This document shows positions 24,153-35,936 of a stretch of 64,000 nucleotides of DNA, in pieces. Position 1 is the stretch's first letter. Each line of letters starts with the position of its first letter. The stretch lies in contig CM060733.1 of NCBI GenBank assembly GCA_030704615.1, forward strand, positions 44,082,001 through 44,146,000, given 5' to 3'. Source of the stretch: Takakia lepidozioides. Its lineage: Eukaryota; Plantae; Bryophyta. Below the pieces are notes generated by a model that was not told where the DNA came from, did no database searches, and saw nothing but the letters and a program-made list of their open reading frames with translations. The position numbers and the translations under genes were made by a program.

Positions 24153-26164
24153 GTTTATACATGAAGGATCAAATGCTAAACTATCCAAAGGTAAACCTTG
24201 TTCACGATGAATAGTTCGAGCTGCAGTTAATTGAATTTGAAAGTATGTTCTAGTAGTTAAATGAGATGTATTGGGAATTTGGGTCCAATTTGAATTTCTT
24301 TTGACATAGGTTCAATGGTAGTCTAATGGACTTATTTCATTATTTTATACATGTGCATCTTTAGTTCGTGTGGCACAACCGTTTTTTTGGGTTGTTGAAT
24401 TATATCCATATTAATACATTAGAATTTTCTAGAATTGTTTAAATACACCATCAGCTCCATTGACGAGACCATCATGTTTAGCATTAATTTCTTACACACA
24501 ACTCTATAACATTTCATTCTTTACATGTATGAATGTGTGTAAACTTGCAGTATTGTATGCTTTATCAAGCAGCTTGAAAACAGACGGACATGTATCAAGA
24601 TGTTTATCAATACCTTCGAAGATGTGTACACATCCAGGTGTTTCTTCGAAAGCTCATTGATTATGAATAAGCATTAATTTATTTGTATAATATAAATGTG
24701 GAGGATAACAACATTGTACGTGTCGCGGCCCTTTGCCTTGAGGGCAGGGGGGGTCGGGACACAAGAGGGGCTGCCCCTGTGGTGGGGGCAGTGACAGCGA
24801 TAGGTACGGGGGGGTGAAGCACCCTTGAGTGCCCAAGGCACTCAAGGAGGCGGAGGCGCTCACTAGGTGGAGCCCCGCACACCGGGTTGCGCTGGGGGTG
24901 GCTCCACAAGGGGTGGTGGTAGCTTAGCGGGACTTAGTGGGGGTGGCATAGGACTCACCATGGGGCAGAGACCTCGTGGTGGGAGTCGTGGGGAGTCTTG
25001 GGACTCATCACGGTCCAATGGGGCCGTGGTGGGTGGGCCAAGATTTACCGCGACTCATCACCGGGAGTCGAGGGTCTTCGTGGTGGTTTGCCATAAAAAG
25101 GCATGGTTGTTTGTGAAACCCCCGCGGACAATCACAGAAGTATATATAGGGGGAGAAATAACCCCGAGAACAGTGCAAGCCCGTCGGTGACCAAAAACTA
25201 GTGAGTAAGCGAGCGAGCCGGAAAGCGACCAAGGAGTGGGGAGCTATTCCGGACTGCCATATACCAAAGAGAGTTTCCACTAGGCCCAAATCGGTGGAGG
25301 GTCTTTTGGAAGAGTAAAGGGGGACCGTTATGTCCCGGTGAGCAGCCGAAGCTCCAGGTTGGCCCGGCGGCCAGGTTGGGAGTTAGACGCGCGCATCAAA
25401 GCGAGTAACTATGACTTGAAGGGGAGCTTACCGAAGTGAGGTGCGCGACACTTGGTATCAAAGCCTAGAGTTCTTGGGATTGGCCTCATCATGGGGTCGG
25501 GCAAGTCAAAACGGAAGCGGAACGGCCCCAAAGATGATGATCCCGGTGAGCCCGATGGGGGCAACGTGTCACCAAAGCGGCCGTTTGAGGAAGCGATGCA
25601 TGCTTTTGAAAACGAGGTCGCTCAAGAACGGGAGGAATCTGAGGAGTCGGAGCCCGAGGAATCCCCGAGAGCTCCGACAAACCAACAGATGCCTCTCATG
25701 CCGGCAGCCTTTTGGGAAGGGTTGTTGGCGCAATTTGGCGGGACGTTGAAAGACGTGTTGAAGGCGGCTAATGCCACTTCCACTAAGGCAAAGTTTAAGG
25801 TGAAGCCTAAGGAACCTGGCACCTTCGAGGGCGTCCGAAATTGGAAGGCACTCAACATCTGGCTGTTGGAGCTAGAGCAGTACTTCCGGGCGGTCAAGTT
25901 GAGTGAGGAGGATTGGGTGGAAGTGGCTCCCACCTATTTGAGGGGCTATGCTCAACAATGGTGGCAAAAATGCCTTTTGACCGAGGTCCAAGCCCGGAAA
26001 CCTTGAACTGGAGTGGGTTCAAGGAATTGATGAAGAGACAGTTTGTGCCCTTCAACGCGTCCTGGCTCGCCCGGGACAAGATGAGGAATTTGAAGCAAAC
26101 GGATGACATTTGGGGATATGTTCAGGCTTTCAATGTGCTGTTGCTGGAAGTTGCGGACATGGCA

Positions 26165-29100
26165 TGTCGCGGCCCTTTGTCTTGAGGGCAGGGGGTCGGG
26201 ACACATGAGGGGCTGCCCCTGTGGTGGGGGCAGTGGCAGCGATAGGTATGGGGGGGCTGAAGCACCCTTGAGTGCCCAAGGCACTCAGGGAAGCGGAGGC
26301 GCTCACTAGGTGGAGCCCCGCACACCGGGTTGCGGTGGGGGTGGCTCCACAAGGGGTGGTGGTAGCTTAGTGGGACTTAGTGGGGGTGGCATAGGACTCA
26401 CCATGGGGGCGGAGACCTCGTGGTGGGAGTCGTGGGGAGTCTTGGGACTCATCACGGTCCATAGGGGCCGTGGTGAGCGGGCCAAGACTCACCGCGACTC
26501 ACCACCGGGAATCGAGGGTCCTCGTGGTGGTTCGCCATAAAATGGCATGGCTGGTTGTGAAACCCCCGCGGACAGCTACAGAAGTATATATAGGGAGTAG
26601 TAACCCCGAGAACGGTGCAAGCCCATTGGTGACCAAAAACTAGTGAGTAAGCGAGCGAGCCGGAAAGCGACCAAAGAGTGGGGAGCTGTTCCGGACTGCC
26701 ATCTACCAAAGGGAATTCCACTAGGCCCAAATAGGTGGAGGGTCTTTCGGGAGAGCGAAGGGGGACCGTTATGTCCCGGTGAGCAGCCGAAGCTCCAAGT
26801 TGGCCCGGCGGCCGGTTGGGAGTCAGGCGCGCGCATCAAAGCGAGTAACTATGACTTGAGGGGGAGCTTACCGAAGTGAGGTGCGCGACACTTGGTATCA
26901 GAGCTTAGAGTTCAGTACGCGATCGTCCTTGGGATTGGCCTCATCATGGGGTCGGGCAAGCCGAAGCGAAAGCGGAACGGCCCAAAAGATGATGATCCCA
27001 GTGAGCCCGATGGGGGCGGCGTGTCACCGAGGCGGCCGTTTGAGGAAGCGATGCATGTTTCCGAAAACAAGGCCGCCCAAGAACGGGAGGAATCCGAGGA
27101 GTCGGAGCCCGAGGAATCCTTGAGAGCTCCGACAAACCAAGAGATGCCTCCCATGCCGGCAACCTATTGGGAAGGGTTGTTGGTGCAGTTTGGCGGGACG
27201 TTGAAAGACGTGTTGAAGGCGGCTAATGCCACTTCCGCTAAGGCAAAGTTTAAGGTGAAGCCTAAGGAACCCGGCACCTTCGAGGGTGTCCGAAATCGGA
27301 AGGCACTCAACACCTGGCTCTTGGAGCTAGAGCAGTACTTCCGGGCAGCCAAGTTGAGTGACGAGGATCGGGTGGAAGTGGCTCCCACCTATTTGAGGGG
27401 CTATGCTCAACAATGGTGGCAGAAACGCCTTCACGACCGAGGTCCAAGCCCGGAAACCTTGAACTGGAGTGGGTTCAAGGAATTGATGAAGAGACAGTTT
27501 GTGCCCCTCAACGCGTCCTGGCTCGCCCGGGACAAGATGAGGAATTTGAAGCAAACAGATGACATTCGGGGATATGTCCAGGCTTTCAATGTGCTGTTGC
27601 TCAAAGTTGCGGACATGGCAGAACCAGAAATGGTCTTCAACTTTGTGGCGGGACTGGCCCCATGGGCCAGGCGGAAGTTGGAGGAGAAGCCACCCAAGAC
27701 TTTGAACGAGGCTATTGAGAGGGCTGAATGTTTCTCAGATGTCCCTAGGGGTGAAAGACAAGGCCGTATGGAGCTGAACCACAAGAAGATTCGGCGGGAA
27801 GGTGACTCCTCCCGACCGGAAAAGAAGTGGATAGGCCACGCGGCGAAAATGGCACGTGGAAATCGAAGGGAGGGCCTTCACACGTCAAGGCGGCACCCGG
27901 TGCTTCGAAAGGAAAAGCGGGTGGAGCGGCTTATGGCGGACAGAAGGCGACCTTTGATGGAGTGTGTTTCAATTGCGGGGAGCCCGGGCACATGGCCAAG
28001 AAGTGCACGAAGCCCCGGCAATTGAACATGACTCGGGCGACCACGGAGCTGTCGGAAGATACCATCAGTCGCTTGGTGGAAGCGGTGGTTGCCAGGACTT
28101 GCAAGGTAGGCAAATTTTCTTGTGAGTTGTATCAGGAAACTGGCGCCTTACGAAAAGGGAGTCAGTTATTGTTCGTGGATGGGATAATATCCGGAACTAA
28201 TGTGTCGTTGTTGGTGGACACAGGAGCGTCGCACTCCTTCATGACACCGGCAACGGCACAAAAGCTGGGACTCCCGACAAGTGACGTGGGGGCCTCTATT
28301 GAGGTGCGTTCTGCCAAAGGAGAACCACAGTTGGCGACAAGGTTGGCGATTGATGTTCCTCTTCAACTGGGGAGTTGGGAGGGACGTGAGAACTTCACCA
28401 TCTGCGAGATCGATGGAGTGGATCTCATTTTGGGGATGATCTTTTTGAGCAAATCCGGAGCGGTCATAGATGGCCACAAGAGAGTAGTCACGCTGCCATG
28501 TGGGAATGGTGGCGAGGTCTTACGAGTGTCGGAAACACCCAAACCCATGGGAGGGTGAATAAACCTTCTGTCAGCAAGGGAGTGGGCCGTGGAGGAATCA
28601 CACGAGCCCCAGTTTTTGCTTTACGTCAGAGAAGTGAAGGGAGAAGGCGATGGGGAGCCGAGCCCAGATTGGATCAAGGGGATTTTGGAGCAATACCAGG
28701 ATGTGATGCCGGAGGATTTACCAAGCGGCTTGCCACCGCGAAGAGGAGTTGACCACAAGATTGAGGTGATACCGGGATCGGAACCGCCTGCCAAGGCGCC
28801 CTACCGGTTGAGCCACAGAGAGTTGGTCGAGCTGAAGACTCAGCTCAAGGATCTAATGTCAAAGGGGTACATCCGGCCGAGTAAGTCACCTTACGGAGCC
28901 CCGGTGCTATTTGCAGACAAGAAGGATGGGACGCTGCGGATGTGTGTCGATTACAGGGCTCTGAATAAGGTGACTATAAAAAACCGGTACCCTTTGCCAA
29001 GGATCGACGACCTCTTCGATCGGTTGGCAGGAGCGAAGTATTTCAGCCGGATCGACTTGCGCTCCGGCTATCACCAAATTCGGGTGGCGGAAGGAGATGA

Positions 29101-32100
29101 GGAGAAGACCGCGTGCAGGACAAGGTATGGTTCATATGAGTTCTTGGTGATGCCTTTTGGGCTCACCAATGCACCAGCGACATTTAGCACGCTGATGAAC
29201 AGCCTTTTCCAGGAGTGGTTGGATGACTTTGTGATCGTGTACATCGACGACATCTTGGTGTACTCGAAAACAAAGGAGGAGCACCTGGAGCACCTCAAAA
29301 GGGTGTTCCAAAAATTGCGGGAAGAGAAGCTGTATGCCAAAGCTTCAAAGTGCAAATTCGGGGTCACAAAAGTGGAGTTCCTGGGGCATGTGATTACACA
29401 GGATGGGATCAAAATGGATGACAGAAAGGTGAGGGCGATCTTGGACTAGGAGCCTCCGACTTCGGTCCCGGGAGTGAAATCCTTCCTAGGACTCGCCTCC
29501 TATTACCGGAAGTATGTGAGAAATTTCGCCAAGATCGCGGGGCCGCTGTCGGACCTTCTGTGTAAATCCAAAGTCTGGGTATGGAACACATTTTGTGGCC
29601 AAGCTTTTGCGGAATTGAAGCAGCGGATGATGGAAGCTCCAGTCTTGAAAATCCCGGAGTTCGATCGTCCATTTGAGATTCATACAGATGCATCGGACTT
29701 CGCGATTGGGGGTGTACTTATGCAAGATGGACGTCTTGTGGCTTACGAAAGTAAGAAACTGAATGAAGTGGAGCGACGGTGGCCGACGCACGAAAAAGAG
29801 ATGATGGCGGTGGTGCATTGCCTTGAGCTCTGGCGCCACTATGTTGGTTCCAACCCAGTGAAGGTGTTCACGGACAATGTCACGATGAAGTATTTTGCCA
29901 CGCAGCCCAAGTTGTCCCCAAAACAACTTAGGTGGCAAGATACTTTGGCAATGTTCGACGTGGATATCCAGTACAAACCGGGACGGGACAATGTGGTGGC
30001 CGATGCTTTAAGTAGAAAGCAGCAGCTCTTGTTGGTGTACAAGGGCGAGACGGCGCTCCAAAGGAAGATCCGGAAGGCTTGCCGGAAGGATGAGCTGGCA
30101 AAGTCCGTGATGCAGGACTTGAGAATGGGGGTTAATCGCAGTTCCACTTGCAAAATGGACTGCTCCGGTATAAGCAAAAACGTCTCTACGTGCCGAAGGG
30201 AGGGATCAGAGATAGCCTCTTGAGAGAATGCCATGATAGCCCGCTTGCGGGCCACGGCGGAGCCAAGCGCACTGCGGCACTCTTGAAGAAAGAGTATTTC
30301 TGGCCCAAACTGAGGGAGGAGGCAGAGGAGTATGTCAAGACATGCACCACATGCCAACAAAACCGGAGCGAGTACAAAAAGCAAGTGGGGCTGTTACAAC
30401 CCTTGCCGATTCCAGAGGGGACTTGGGAAAGCGTCTCGATGGATTTCATGACTGCTATGCCGCTGTCAAAAGGATTCGATGCAATCATGGTGGTGGTGGA
30501 TAGGTTCAGTAAAATGGGCCATTTCATCCCCACCAAGGAGACGGCAACGGCGCAGGAGACAGGGCGACTTTACTTCGCCCACGTCTTAAAGCATCATGGA
30601 GTCCCGAAGGATATTGTCTCGGATCGCGATCCAAAGTTTACGAGTAAATTTTGGAGGACACTTTGGAAGAAGATGGGGACGAGGCTGAAGATGAGCACCG
30701 CCTTCCGACCTACGACGGACGGCCAAACGGAAAGAGTGAATTCCGTAGTGAAGCAATTCTTGCGGAATTACGTGTCGGCAGACCAATCAGACTGGATGGA
30801 ACACTTAGACACGGCAGAGTTCTGTTATAATAACACAGAACACTCCGCAACGGGGGTTTCCCCTTTCGTTTTGGTCTATGGAAAAGCACCTCTGGTGCCG
30901 ACAAGTTGGGCCGCCCAGGACGTTGAGGAACCGGCAGTAGCGGCGGTACTGGAAGAACGCGAGCGTTTGTTGAAGCTCGCAAAGTACAACATTGCCAAAG
31001 CTAGGAAACGGTATGAAAGGCAGGCGAATCGGAAGCGGAGGGAAGTGAAGTTTGAGGCAGGCACAGAGGTCTGGTTGAACATCAAGAATTTCCGACTACC
31101 TCCGGAAGTGAGTCCGAAGTTCGTACCTCCGTATGCGGGTCCCTTTCGCATTCGGAAGGTTATGAATGAGGATGTGTATGAATTGGAGCTGCCGGCAAAC
31201 AGCAAGGTGCACCCCGTATTCCATGTCTCCCTTTTGAAGCCTTACTTCAAAGATGAAGCACGTCCGAATCGGCATCAAGTGTTGCGTCCGCCACCTATGC
31301 TGTTGGATCATGAAAATGAACCTGAGTACGAGGTGGAGGCAATACTTAAGTCGAGGAGGTTCAAGAACCGAGAAACGGAGTATCTCGTCAAATGGAAGGG
31401 CTATCATCATGTGGAGGCATCTTGGGTGCGTGCCTCAGAAATGGGAAACGCATCCGAGGCAGTTGCAGCGTTCGAAGGGCGACCTCAAAAGCGGAAGAAG
31501 CGTTGATGGGGACATCAACCTTGGAGCGTGGGGGAGGAAATGCATGCTTAGCCCGGTTTAGCTAGCTCAGGAATCCGATTGCAAAAACTTGTATTGTACA
31601 AAAATTTGTTATAAAGAAATGGGTTCCAAATATTGTGCGTCCTATTGTGTTTGGAATGGTGATGCATGGTGTGGTTGGCTAGTGTGTAGAATGCATGCTA
31701 GCTTACAAAAGTGGGAGAGGTAAATTGGGTTAATCGTGTGTTTGCGCAGTGCCGAAATCGGGTGACTCCCATCCAAGGGGCAAGGAAACTTGCGCCTTCT
31801 TTGGGAGTTCACGTGCTAGTGCGCACCTGGCGCGTGCGCGTACTATAACTGCGCTACCGAGGGGGTTGCCTTGTAGTGCGGGCTAATGCGGAAGCTACGT
31901 GCTTCCGTTCATGTACTATAATCGTGTAGCCTCGGGACGAAGTCGTAGTGCGGCTTCGGCGTGTTCCCGTACCTCAGGCCAGCATTCCAAGGCGGACCCA
32001 ATTGTAGTGATTGGGGCGCACGGTTGGTTCAAGGTTATCTTCCTAGTCAAAGAGGGTTCCAGGTGAACCCTTGCTCAAGGTGATGCCAAAAGCGGCATCA

Positions 32101-33136
32101 TGAGCGATCGCAAGCAATGTTGTTGCAGTAAGGCGATTCGATCCTCGGGGAGGATCGTTCCTTGGCCTTGAAGTAGGCCAAGAAGAGTGCACTGGGAGGA
32201 GCTGGAGAGGCTCCACCCTTGGCCGGGACTTGGAGGAAGTCGGCCGAACTAGCTAGTGGAGAGTAGAGTCAAGTGTGGGGTTTGGTTCTTTGCCATGGGA
32301 CGCCATGGTACAGAAACAAACTCCTTGATGTGGGACGCCACAACTTGGATGTTCGTTTCTACAAAATGGACAAGTCGATGAGGACATCGACTCCCTGTTG
32401 GTAGGGGTGTGTGTCGCGGCCCTTTGCCTTGAGGGCAAGGGGTCGGGACACATGAGGGGCTGCCCCTGTGGTGGGGGCAGCGGCAGCGATAGGTATGGGG
32501 GGCTGAAACACCCTTGAGTGCCCAAGGCACTCAGGGAAGCGGAGGCGCTCACTAGGTGGAGCCCCGCACACCGGGTTGCGGTGGGGGTGGCTCCACAAGG
32601 GGTGGTGGTAGCTTAGTGGGACTTAGTGGGGGTGGCATAGGACTCACCATGGGGGCGGAGACCTCGTGGTGGGAGTCGTGGGGAGTCTTGGGACTCATCA
32701 CGGTCCATAGGGGCCGTGGTGAGCGGGCCAAGACTCACCGCGACTCACCACCGGGAATCGAGGGTCCTCGTGGTGGTTCGCCATAAAATGGCATGGCTGG
32801 TTGTGAAACCCCCGCGGACAGCTACAGAAGTATATATAGGGAGTAGTAACCTCGAGAACGGTGCAAGCCCGTTGGTGACCAAAAACTAGTGAGCAAGCGA
32901 GCGAGCCGGAAAGCGACCAAAGAGTGGGGAGCTGTTCCGGACTGCCATCTACCAAAGGGAATTCCACTAGGCCCAAATAGGTGGAGGGTCTTTCGGGAGA
33001 GCGAAGGGGGACCGTTATGTCCCGGTGAGCAGCCGAAGCTCCAAGTTGGCCCGACGGCCGGTTGGGAGTCAGGCGCGCGCATCAAAGCGAGTAATTATGA
33101 CTTGAGGGGGAGCTTACCGAAGTGAGGTGCGCGACA
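26165..33136 (+). mobile_element. Full-length Ty3/gypsy chromovirus nested in the gag of its own family; LTRs 26165-26890 and 32412-33136
   Basis: Perfect TSD TGGCA, PBS TGGTATCAGAGC, purine tract before the 3' LTR. The LTRs differ by about 9 substitutions and 1 indel (manual count). Confidence 0.97.
26946..31506 (+). pseudogene. gag-pol (Gag, Zn knuckle, protease, RT, RNase H, integrase, chromodomain) with four lesions
   Basis: All domain motifs present (DTGAS, YIDD, TDASD, HHCC, SMDF/SDRD/QTER, YLVKWKGY). Frameshifts near 27828 and 30140, stops at 28556 and 29447. Confidence 0.95.
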
Positions 33137-35936
33137 TGGCAGAACCAGAAATGGTCTTCAACTTTGTGACGGGACTGGCCCCATGGGCCAGGCGGAAGTT
33201 GGAGGAGAAGCCACCTAAGACTTTGAACGAGGCAATTGAGATGGCTGAATGTTTCTCGGATGTCCCTAGGGGTGAAAGACAAGGCCGTACGGAGCTGAAC
33301 CACAAGAAGGCCCGGCGGGAGGGTGACTCCTTCCGACCGGAAAAGAAGTGGGATAGGCCACGCGGCGACAATGGCACGTGGAAATCGAAGGGAGGGCCTT
33401 CACACGTCAAGGCGGCACCCGGTGCTCCGAAAGGAAAAGCCGGTGCAGCAGCTTATGGTGGACAGAAGGCGACCTTCGATGGAGTGTGTTTCAATTGCGG
33501 GGAGCCCGGGCACATGGCCAAGAAGTGCACGAAACCCCGACAGTTGAACATGACTCGGGCGACCACAAAGCTGTCGAAGGATTCCATCACTCGCTTGGTG
33601 GAAGCGGTGGTCGCCAAGACTTGCAAAGTAGGCGACTATTCTTGTGAGTTGTATCAGGAAACTTGTGCCCTGCGTAAAGGGAGTCAGTTATTATTCGTGG
33701 ATGGGATAATATCTGGAACTAAGGTGTCGTTGTTGGTGGACACCGGAGCGTCGCACTCCTTCATGACACCGGCAACGGCACGAAAGCTGGGACTCCCGAC
33801 AAGTGACGTGGGGGCCTCTATTGAGGTGCGTTCTGCCAAAGGAGAACCGCAAGTAGCGACGAGGTTGGCGTTCGATGTTCCTCTTCAACTGGGGAGTTGG
33901 GAGGGACGTGAGAAGTTCACCATCTGCGAGATCGATGGAGTGGATCTCATTTTGGGGATGATCTTTTTGAGCAAATCCGGAGCGGTCATAGATGGCCACA
34001 AGAGAGTAGTCACGCTGCCATGTGGGAATGGTGGCGAGGTCTTACGAGTGTTGGAAACACCCAAACCCATGGGAGGGCGAATAAACCTTCTGTCAGCAAG
34101 GGAGTGGGCCGTGGAGGAATCACACGAGCCCCAGTTTTTGCTTTACGTCAGAGAAGTGAAGGGAGAAGGCGATGGGGAGCCGAGCCCAGATTGGATCAAG
34201 GGGATTTTGGAGAAATACCAGGATGTGATGCCGGAGGATTTACCAAGCGGCTTGCCACCGCGAAGAGGAGTTGACCACAAGATTGAGGTGATACCGGGAT
34301 CGGAACCGCCTGCCAAGGCGCCCTACCGGTTGAGCCACAGAGAGTTGGTCGAGCTAAAGACTCAGCTCAAGGATCTAATGTCAAAGGGGTACATCCGGCC
34401 GAGTAAGTCACCTTACGGAGCCCCGGTGCTATTTGCAGACAAGAAGGATGGGACGCTGCGGATGTGTGTCGATTACAGGGCTCTGAATAAGGTGACTATA
34501 AAAAACCGGTACCCTTTGCCAAGGATCGACGACCTCTTCGATCGTTGGCAGGAGCGAAGTATTTCAGCCGGATCGACTTGCGCTCCGGCTATCACCAAAT
34601 TCGGGTGGCGGAAGGAGATGAGGAGAAGACCTCGTGCAGGACAAGGTATGGTTCATAGTAGTTCTTGGTGATGCCTTTTGGGCTCACCAATGCACCAGCG
34701 ACATTTAGCACGCTGATGAACAGCCTTTTCCAGGAGTGGTTGGATGACTTTGTGATCGTGTACATCGACGACATCTTGGTGTACTCGAAAACAAAGGAGG
34801 AGCACCTGGAGCACCTCAAAAGGGTGTTCCAAAAATTGCGGGAAGGGAAGCTGTATGCCAAAGCTTCAAAGTGCAAATTCGGGGTCACAAAAGTGGAGTT
34901 CCTGGGGCATGTGATTACATAGGATGGGATCAAAATGGATGACAGAAAGGTGAGGGCGATCTTGGACTGGGAGCCTCCGACTTTGGCCCCAGGAGTGCGA
35001 TCCTTCCTAGGACTCGCCCCCTATTACCGGAAGTATGTGAGAAATTTCGCCAAGATCGCAGGGCCGCTGTCGAATCTTCTGTGTAAATCCAAAGTCTGGG
35101 TATGGAACACCTTTTGTGGCCAAGCTTTTACTGAATTGAAGCAGCGGATGGCGGAAGCTCCAGTCTTGAAAATCCTGGAGTTCGACCGTCCGTTTGAGAT
35201 TCATACAGATGCGTCGGACTTCGCAATTAGGGTGTACTTTTGCAAGATGGACGTCCAGTGACCTACAAAAGTAAGAAACTGAATGAAGTGGAGCGACGGT
35301 GGCCGACGCATGAGAAAGAGATGAAGGCGGTGGTGCATTGCCTTGAGCTTTGGCACCACTACAACGACGCAATGGCGTGAGCGCGCGAGCGTACGCTCAC
35401 GCCAGCTGACGTGGCGTGAGCGTCATGTCAGCATGCTGATGTGGCGGCAAATGATGACGTGGCACTGTCCATCATCTGCCACGTCAGCATTAACATGCGC
35501 CGCCTATAACCGAGGATGGTCCTATGACCGTGGAATTAATGCAGGGAATCTTGCCTAAATAGAATCAAGACTACCATGAGGCCTACAATTGTAGCATCCA
35601 ACATTATGCAATTACAAATGCTTGTTTCACTTTTACAATTACGAGGACGAGAAAATATCCTCACAAAGTGTGCGCCATAAAGGCTGCCACGGGAAGACCT
35701 TCCTCCCTCCTCAAATAACAATGAGAGTTAGGATCATCTTCAAAAGATGATTGTAGTGCATAGCGACAGCAAGACATGTAGACTTCGAACGGTGCAATGA
35801 CAAATGTGCTTTTAAAAGTTGCCACTCAGAGCTCACTCTGTATAGTTGGAGGCCATATCATTGCACCGCCGACGAATTGATGTGAATTACACATTTCAAA
35901 TCATGGTCGTCCACATACCAAATTGCATAGTTGATG

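Larger units (their letters stand above)
24721..35356 (+). mobile_element. Outer chromovirus copy: 5' LTR 24721-25450, PBS, gag 25491-26164, resumed gag-PR-RT-RH 33137-35356, truncated in RNase H
   Basis: LTR, PBS TGGTATCAAAGC (tRNA-iMet type). Gag reads through once the nested copy is removed. [14 protein letters not shown] knuckle, LVDTGASH protease, YIDDIL RT. Several stops. Confidence 0.93.

Noticed and set aside
35751-35758. TTGTAGTG as the closing end of a 400-bp CACTA element
   Set aside because: The adjacent bases do not extend the TIR, gypsy sequence does not resume afterwards, and the same octamer occurs inside the gypsy 3' region.
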